A stretch of DNA of 64,000 bases from Prochlorococcus sp. AG-347-C10 (GTDB lineage: Bacteria > Cyanobacteriota > Cyanobacteriia > PCC-6307 > Cyanobiaceae). Both the position numbers and the translations under genes were made by a program. The notes below the pieces were generated by a model that saw only the letters and a program-made list of their open reading frames with translations, was not told the DNA's origin and made no database searches. The stretch covers positions 1,344-65,343 of the forward strand of contig QCBF01000004.1 of NCBI GenBank assembly GCA_003281705.1, read 5' to 3'. Position 1 is the first letter of the stretch. Each line of letters begins with the position of its first letter. This document shows positions 58,012 to 64,000 of the stretch, piece after piece.

Positions 58012-58950
58012 TTATTTTATTTCTGCCGTTAGAAAATCTTTCGCAAGCTGAGTATTTGGGAAAACTTTTTGTGCCTCTTTAAGCAAATCGCTTGGCGTAA
58101 TTGCATTTTTATTAGTGTATCTTGGGCTTAAATGAGTAATAATTAATTTTTTTGTATTAGATAATAATGCTGTTTTGGCAGCCATGATTGTTGTGGAATG
58201 TAATTTTTCGTAGGCCATGCTTTCATCCTCCTCTGAAAAAGTCGATTCATGTACGAGTAAATCGGCATTTTTCGATAGTGAAACAGCTGATTCGCTAAAT
58301 ACTGTATCTGTGCAATAAACAAAACTTTCACCCTCTCTGGGAGGTCCGCAAAATTCTTTTCCATCAAATGTTCTACCATCAGCTAATGTGACTTTCTTCC
58401 CTTGTTGCAGTTCTGAATAAATTGGTCCAGGTGCTATTTTTAAAGACTTTGCTTTGTTGATATCAAATATACCTGGCTTATCTTTTTCACTCACTCGATA
58501 ACCATAAGCAGGTATTTTATGTTTAAGGCAGGCGCAATTTACTTTTATTTTGTTGTTTTCAAAAAGAATTTTATTTTTTGATGCAAAATTTTCAACTTCC
58601 ACAAAATTCAATGGGAACGACAATTTGCAAAAACTACTTTTAAGTGCAGAATTTATAAAACTTTGCAACTCTGATGGACCATAAATTTCAATACCCTCAC
58701 TATTTCCTGATAAACCTAAGGTAGCCAAAAGTCCTGGCAAACCATAAATATGATCTCCATGCATATGTGTAATAAATATTTTCTTGATTTGTGAAGATTT
58801 AATATTGCTTTTCATTATTTGATGTTGCGTTCCCTCTCCACAATCAAAAAGCCAAACTTCTGCTGACTGTGATAATTTAAGTGCTATGGAGGAAACATTC
58901 CTCGTTAAGGATGGTACTCCTGAGCTTGTTCCTAGGAAGGTGATGTTCAC
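58012..58950 (-). CDS. rnz: Ribonuclease Z
   Basis: FLGTSSGVP, DCGEGTQ, THMHGDH, HESTF. Confidence 0.96.
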   Translation of the reverse strand: MNITFLGTSSGVPSLTRNVSSIALKLSQSAEVWLFDCGEGTQHQIMKSNIKSSQIKKIFITHMHGDHIYGLPGLLATLGLSGNSEGIEIYGPSELQSFINSALKSSFCKLSFPLNFVEVENFASKNKILFENNKIKVNCACLKHKIPAYGYRVSEKDKPGIFDINKAKSLKIAPGPIYSELQQGKKVTLADGRTFDGKEFCGPPREGESFVYCTDTVFSESAVSLSKNADLLVHESTFSEEDESMAYEKLHSTTIMAAKTALLSNTKKLIITHLSPRYTNKNAITPSDLLKEAQKVFPNTQLAKDFLTAEIK

Positions 58951-59040
58951 TTAATTTATGATATTTTTATTTTTATATCTGGCTTAAATCTAGACTTTTA
59001 GTCAAACTTAGGCAAATTAAGCATTTGTTTTTTAAACAAA

Positions 59041-60216
59041 GTGATACTTAAATTTAAAAATATTTATAGTAAATGTTGCCTGATAAGTATTTTATTTATT
59101 TGCGTTTTTCAGAGTGAAAGTGTTTTTGCATCTAGAGAGCCAATAATTAGAGTTTTGATATCAAAAAATAATAATTTAAGGATTAGATCAGATAGATCAA
59201 TTCCTTTAACCATAGAGGGTGGATTTTTTTCAAGTAAAAAAATAAAAGGCTTAACTTTGAAAAATGATAAAAATAGAAAAATTTTATATTTTGATAAAAA
59301 TAAACAAAAAAAATATGATTTAAAAAGTAATCAGCAATTTCAAGTTAGATCTTCTGATGGAAGAGGTATCTGGGTAGGTAAGAAGAGGTTTTCTGGTAAG
59401 CTTAATCTCTTTGTCCTTGATTCTGAAGTATTAGTAGTGAATGTTTTAGGAATAGAAAAATACTTAAGTAGTGTAGTGGGTTCAGAGATGCCAACAAAAT
59501 GGCCTATTGAAGCATTAAAAGCACAAGCAATTGCCTCAAGAACTTATGCTTTAAAGCAAAAGGGAAATAATTTATTTGATGTAGATTCAACCCAGAAAAA
59601 TCAAGTTTATAATGGCTTGGAGTCAAGAACTTATAAAACTATAAGAGCCGTTAAAAGTACAAGATCTTTAGTTTTGACTTATAAAAATAAATTAATTAAT
59701 GCTTTGTTCCATAGCAGCTCAGGTGGAATGACAGAAAACAGTCAAGATGTTTGGAAGAATAAATATCCATATTTATCAAGTGTGAAAGATTTTGATAAAA
59801 ATAATCCTAAATTTAGATGGCAAAAAAAATTTTCGAGTAATGAATTAACAAATTTATTTCCTAAGATTGGAGGTTTAAGAGATATAGAGATTCTAGATAT
59901 TACTAGAACGGGGAGGTTAAAAAATGTTAAACTTATTGGGACTTATGGTTCTGATCAAATTTCTGGGGTGGTTTTAAGAAAAAGATTAGGCCTCAACAGT
60001 AATTTTGTGAGATTTAAATTTTTTGAGGAAGAATTAAGCAATAAATTTCCTATAAAAAAGGGTTTGATAGTTTTTGGGCAGGGATCAGGCCATGGAGTAG
60101 GGATGAGTCAATGGGGCGTAAAATATCTGGCTTCTAGAGGTCAAAAAGCTGAAAGAATATTAAAGTATTTTTATAGGGGTGTGCAGATTAAACCTTTTAA
60201 AAAAGATTACCTATAG
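59041..60216 (+). CDS. SpoIID/LytB-domain protein
   Basis: SEMP..W..EALKAQAIASRTY, GHGVGMSQWG. Confidence 0.92.
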   Translation: MILKFKNIYSKCCLISILFICVFQSESVFASREPIIRVLISKNNNLRIRSDRSIPLTIEGGFFSSKKIKGLTLKNDKNRKILYFDKNKQKKYDLKSNQQFQVRSSDGRGIWVGKKRFSGKLNLFVLDSEVLVVNVLGIEKYLSSVVGSEMPTKWPIEALKAQAIASRTYALKQKGNNLFDVDSTQKNQVYNGLESRTYKTIRAVKSTRSLVLTYKNKLINALFHSSSGGMTENSQDVWKNKYPYLSSVKDFDKNNPKFRWQKKFSSNELTNLFPKIGGLRDIEILDITRTGRLKNVKLIGTYGSDQISGVVLRKRLGLNSNFVRFKFFEEELSNKFPIKKGLIVFGQGSGHGVGMSQWGVKYLASRGQKAERILKYFYRGVQIKPFKKDYL

Positions 60217-60219
60217 AAG

Positions 60220-61143
60220 TTATTTAGCATTAAGGACTAATTTTGGATTTATATTAGATTGATCTTTATTTAAGTAGCCTATCCCAAGAAGTGTTTGTTT
60301 TTTATCAATTACTTTTATGGGTTTTTTATAATCAAAAGATTTGCTTTCCTTGAAGTAATTATTATCAACTATAATTGCTCTTCCAGTTTGCCAAAAATTG
60401 ATTTGTTCTTCAGTACTTAAGACAAATGTTGAAATGTGATTAAGAGCAGCACTTGTTGGAATAATAAAATTTTTCAAGTTTTTTTCCCCTTGTTTTTTTT
60501 CGATATCAGATATTTTTATAGAGTTTTGTTCATCAAAGCCACAAGCCGAAATTCTTTTTAGTTCTAGAAGGCAACCCTCGGAATTAAGCATTTCTCCTAT
60601 ATCTCTTGCAATTGCTCTTATATATGTGCCCGCAGAACATTTGATTTTTATTTCTATGATCCCTTTTATTTGATCCCATTTCATTAAAATTAGTTCATCT
60701 ATTTTTACTTCTCTTGGTGCTAATTCAAAACTTTCATTCCTGAAAGATTTTTGATAAGCTCTCTCACCATTGACGTGCACACTAGATACTTTCGGTGGAA
60801 TTTGTTTAATAATTCCTCTAAATCTATTTAAGTATTGATCTAATTTTTCATTACTGATTGTAGGCCAACTTTTTTGATTAATTATTTCTCCGTGAATATC
60901 ATCAGTGTTAGTTCTAATGCCTAATTTAATTTGTCCTATGTAAGTTTTACCCTGAGGAAGATATTGAATAAATCTTGTTGCACTGCCTATAGCGATTGGT
61001 AAGGTTCCTATAACTTCTGGGTCAAGAGTTCCTGTGTGCCCAACCTTTTTTGTATTTAGTAACTTCCTTATTTGTTTAACACAATCATGAGAGGTACAGC
61101 CTTTATCTTTATTAATTACTAAGAATCCATCTTTAGTTTCCAT
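60220..61143 (-). CDS. truB: tRNA pseudouridine-55 synthase
   Basis: [18 protein letters not shown]. Confidence 0.96.
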   Translation of the reverse strand: METKDGFLVINKDKGCTSHDCVKQIRKLLNTKKVGHTGTLDPEVIGTLPIAIGSATRFIQYLPQGKTYIGQIKLGIRTNTDDIHGEIINQKSWPTISNEKLDQYLNRFRGIIKQIPPKVSSVHVNGERAYQKSFRNESFELAPREVKIDELILMKWDQIKGIIEIKIKCSAGTYIRAIARDIGEMLNSEGCLLELKRISACGFDEQNSIKISDIEKKQGEKNLKNFIIPTSAALNHISTFVLSTEEQINFWQTGRAIIVDNNYFKESKSFDYKKPIKVIDKKQTLLGIGYLNKDQSNINPKLVLNAK

Positions 61144-61162
61144 TTTTAATATTAAGAATACT

Positions 61163-61960
61163 TTGAGAAAGATTTATAACCATTCTATGATTTCGGTATC
61201 GGAAATTTACAGTAAGAAATTGAAAAACAATAATTTTATTTTAAAAGAGTTTTTAGACAATGCTTTTAATTTGAAATCTCATTTAATGGAATACTTATCT
61301 ATTAGAGAATGTGATTTAGATGGATTCCTTGCAAATGCAAAGATGAATTTAGCAAATTCACATCCTGGAGATGCTTTGAATGATGTTTCAGATTTTTATA
61401 CTGAGATTGTAGGAGATAGGCATGTAGCTGATTTAGCTGCTTGGCATATCACAAGTAGGGACTACATTGCCGATACTTTGAAACTTCAGCAGAGATTTTC
61501 TAGAGATTTAGTTTTGGATTTTGGAGGAGGTATTGGTACGCATGCCTTGGCTAACGCTATGTCTTCAAAAGTAGAACATGTTTTTTTTGTAGATATTAAT
61601 CAAACAAATAGAAATTTTGTCGAATACAGGGCTAAGAAATTAGGAGTCGAAAAAAAACTTACTTTTTGCGAGACAATTAAAGATACACAAATATTCAAAT
61701 TTGATACAGTAGTTTGTCTTGATGTTTTGGAACATCTAGCAGATCCAGCTTCTCAAATTAATAATTTCAGTGAGATTATGGATAGTAATTCTGTTGCTTT
61801 ATTCAACTGGTATTTCTACAAAGGAGATAAAAATGAATATCCGTTTCATATTGACGATAGTCAAATTGTTGAAAAGTTTTTTGAAACTCTTCAATCAAAT
61901 TTTTTAGAAGTATTTCACCCTATTCTAATAACTACAAGAGCTTATAAGAAAATTAGATAA
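61163..61960 (+). CDS. Class I SAM-dependent methyltransferase
   Basis: [15 protein letters not shown]. Confidence 0.88.
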   Translation: MRKIYNHSMISVSEIYSKKLKNNNFILKEFLDNAFNLKSHLMEYLSIRECDLDGFLANAKMNLANSHPGDALNDVSDFYTEIVGDRHVADLAAWHITSRDYIADTLKLQQRFSRDLVLDFGGGIGTHALANAMSSKVEHVFFVDINQTNRNFVEYRAKKLGVEKKLTFCETIKDTQIFKFDTVVCLDVLEHLADPASQINNFSEIMDSNSVALFNWYFYKGDKNEYPFHIDDSQIVEKFFETLQSNFLEVFHPILITTRAYKKIR

Positions 61961-62213
61961 CTATATTAACTCTTTTTCTGTTTCTTAAATTTCTTTTAAT
62001 GCTTTCGAAACTTACGGTGCCTTCTTTTAGTGCAAAAAGCGTGTCATCTTTACCTTTGCCAACATGTGATCCTGGCAAAAATGAAGTACCTCTTTGTCGA
62101 ATTAAAATTGATCCAGCAGTTACTTTTTCTCCACCATAAGCTTTAACACCTAATCTTTTGGAATTTGAATCTCGACCGTTTCTTGTAGAGCCGGTTCCTT
62201 TTTTATGTGCCAT
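61953..62213 (-). CDS. rpmA: 50S ribosomal protein L27
   Basis: [16 protein letters not shown]. Confidence 0.98.
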   Translation of the reverse strand: MAHKKGTGSTRNGRDSNSKRLGVKAYGGEKVTAGSILIRQRGTSFLPGSHVGKGKDDTLFALKEGTVSFESIKRNLRNRKRVNIVI

Positions 62214-62222
62214 TAGAGATGA

Positions 62223-62663
62223 TTAATTTGAAGTTTTTTCGGATTTTGGTTTAGTTTCCTCTTTAACAGTTTCTTTTTTTGAAGAAGACTTAGGAACCCC
62301 TTTACCCATTGATATAGATTTTACCATAACTCTTGTAAGTTCTTGTCTGTGTCCCATCTTTCTTCTTGTCTTTTTTTTAGGACGCATTTTGTATACAAGA
62401 ATTTTCTTGTCTCTTTTATGGGAGATTACTTCTAATTCAATTTTTGCATCCTTAATGTAAGGTTTTCCAACGGTGATAGAGTTTTTATCTTTTAAAAGTA
62501 AAACTTTTTCTAGTGTTATTTTATCCTTCTCTTTTGCGTTTAACCTATCTATATCATAGTATCTGTTAACCTCAAACCAAAATTGTTGACCCGAAGTTTC
62601 TGCTATTGCATACAATTCATTACTTTTAGAAGAATTGTTTGAGGAAGTTTTAGAATTTGTCAT
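62223..62663 (-). CDS. rplU: 50S ribosomal protein L21
   Basis: YAIAETSGQQ, RKMGHRQELT. Confidence 0.97.
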   Translation of the reverse strand: MTNSKTSSNNSSKSNELYAIAETSGQQFWFEVNRYYDIDRLNAKEKDKITLEKVLLLKDKNSITVGKPYIKDAKIELEVISHKRDKKILVYKMRPKKKTRRKMGHRQELTRVMVKSISMGKGVPKSSSKKETVKEETKPKSEKTSN

Positions 62664-62807
62664 ATCTTTAAAGACGCTATTAGGCTCAAATTGATAATTT
62701 GATTTAGCCTAATAAGCAATCATATTAATTTGTTTATTTTCTTATTTTATAGTGTAATAAGTCAAGGTTTGTTTTAAATCTTTTATATCAATTCAGGAAC
62801 CATAAGA

Positions 62808-63125
62808 ATGGCAGCAAGAAAAACATACATTTTAAAACTCTATGTTGCTGGAAATACTCCTAATTCAATGAGAGCTTTAAATACTTTAAGAGAAATTTTA
62901 GAAAATGAATTCAAAGGAGTTTATGCTTTGAAGGTTATTGATGTACTCAAGCAACCACAACTTGCAGAAGAAGATAAGATTTTAGCAACCCCAACCTTGG
63001 CAAAAATTTTACCACCACCAGTAAGAAAAATAATAGGTGATCTCTCAGATAGAGAGAAAGTTTTAATTGGGTTAGATCTACTGTTTGATGAATTAACTGA
63101 AACTGAATATAGTGGAGATAAATAA
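62808..63125 (+). CDS. kaiB: Circadian clock protein KaiB
   Basis: [25 protein letters not shown]. Confidence 0.98.
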   Translation: MAARKTYILKLYVAGNTPNSMRALNTLREILENEFKGVYALKVIDVLKQPQLAEEDKILATPTLAKILPPPVRKIIGDLSDREKVLIGLDLLFDELTETEYSGDK

Positions 63126-63194
63126 TATTTTAAAACTTTTATAATTAAGGATAAATTCAAAATTTATTTTACTTTTGTTTAATAGCACAAAACT

Positions 63195-64000
63195 ATGAAT
63201 GATAAGAAATTTGGCAAATCAAATAAAATGCAAGTACAAAAATTACCAACTGGAATAGAAGGTTTTGATGATGTTTGTAGGGGTGGGTTGCCTGTATCTC
63301 GAAGTACACTCATTAGTGGCACCTCAGGAACTGGTAAAACTGTTTTTTCACTGCAATATTTACACCATGGAATTTGTAATTTTGATGAGCCTGGAATCTT
63401 TGTGACATTTGAGGAGTCGCCTCTTGATATTATTCGAAATGCTGCGAGTTTTGGTTGGGATTTACAAGAATTAATCGATCAAAATAAACTTTTTATTTTG
63501 GATGCTTCTCCTGATCCTGATGGTCAGGATGTTGCGGGTAACTTTGATTTGTCTGGTCTTATTGAGAGAATTAGTTATGCGATTAGAAAATATAAAGCAA
63601 AAAGAGTTGCAATAGATTCAATAACTGCAGTCTTTCAACAGTATGATGCTATCTACGTTGTTAGACGAGAAATATTTAGACTCATAGCAAGATTGAAAGA
63701 GATAGGTGTTACGACAGTTATGACTACAGAAAGGGTTGATGATTATGGACCAATTGCTAGATATGGAGTAGAAGAATTTGTATCTGATAATGTTGTTTTA
63801 TTAAGAAATGTTCTTGAGTCAGAGAAGAGAAGAAGAACTTTAGAAGTTTTGAAGTTAAGAGGCACTGTACATATGAAAGGTGAATATCCATTCACTATGG
63901 GGATGGATGGAATAAGTGTGTTTGCCCTTGGAGCAATGAGATTAACGCAGAGATCCTCAAATATTAGGATTAGCTCGGGAGTTAAAGATCTTGATGATAT
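63195..64000 (+). CDS. kaiC: Circadian clock protein KaiC (5' part, runs off window)
   Basis: VQKLPTGIEGFDD, SGTSGTGKT, VTFEE, VLKLRG. Confidence 0.97.
   Translation, partial: MNDKKFGKSNKMQVQKLPTGIEGFDDVCRGGLPVSRSTLISGTSGTGKTVFSLQYLHHGICNFDEPGIFVTFEESPLDIIRNAASFGWDLQELIDQNKLFILDASPDPDGQDVAGNFDLSGLIERISYAIRKYKAKRVAIDSITAVFQQYDAIYVVRREIFRLIARLKEIGVTTVMTTERVDDYGPIARYGVEEFVSDNVVLLRNVLESEKRRRTLEVLKLRGTVHMKGEYPFTMGMDGISVFALGAMRLTQRSSNIRISSGVKDLDD

Noticed and set aside
1334-63160. Other overlapping or antisense ORFs (e.g. 1334, 7212, 10435, 10959, 11418, 13274, 14453, 39183, 48188, 52551, 55303, 62921)
   Set aside because: They lie within well-supported genes and have no independent motifs

Overview
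Very AT-rich cyanobacterial chromosome, almost certainly high-light Prochlorococcus (kaiBC without kaiA, multicopy TGQIIPG-type hli genes, truncated ligA). About 1-52 kb is an accessory island ending near tRNA-Val(GAC); about 52.5-64 kb is core (serA, prmA, petF, rnz, truB, rpmA, rplU, kaiB, kaiC). The island holds a seven-gene guanidine-utilisation cluster (gdmH, hypA/hypB-like Ni chaperones, ABC importer, plus a Rieske oxygenase; NtcA box but no recognisable guanidine riboswitch). It also holds four hli genes, two desaturases, a glutamine-II riboswitch with its DUF4278 peptide, many microproteins missed by the ORF track, and several decayed genes. Less expected structure: (i) a ~47-bp palindrome + -10 + hairpin element in five co-oriented copies, mostly heading small-gene operons; (ii) nested displaced copies of the 5' end of an EVE-domain gene, resembling integration scars; (iii) an 84-bp promoter duplicated before unrelated microproteins; (iv) a recurrent intergenic TAAGTA-N4/5-TACTTA palindrome; (v) several structured ncRNA candidates. 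No integrase, transposase or CRISPR array was seen. All calls are by eye, with no database searches.
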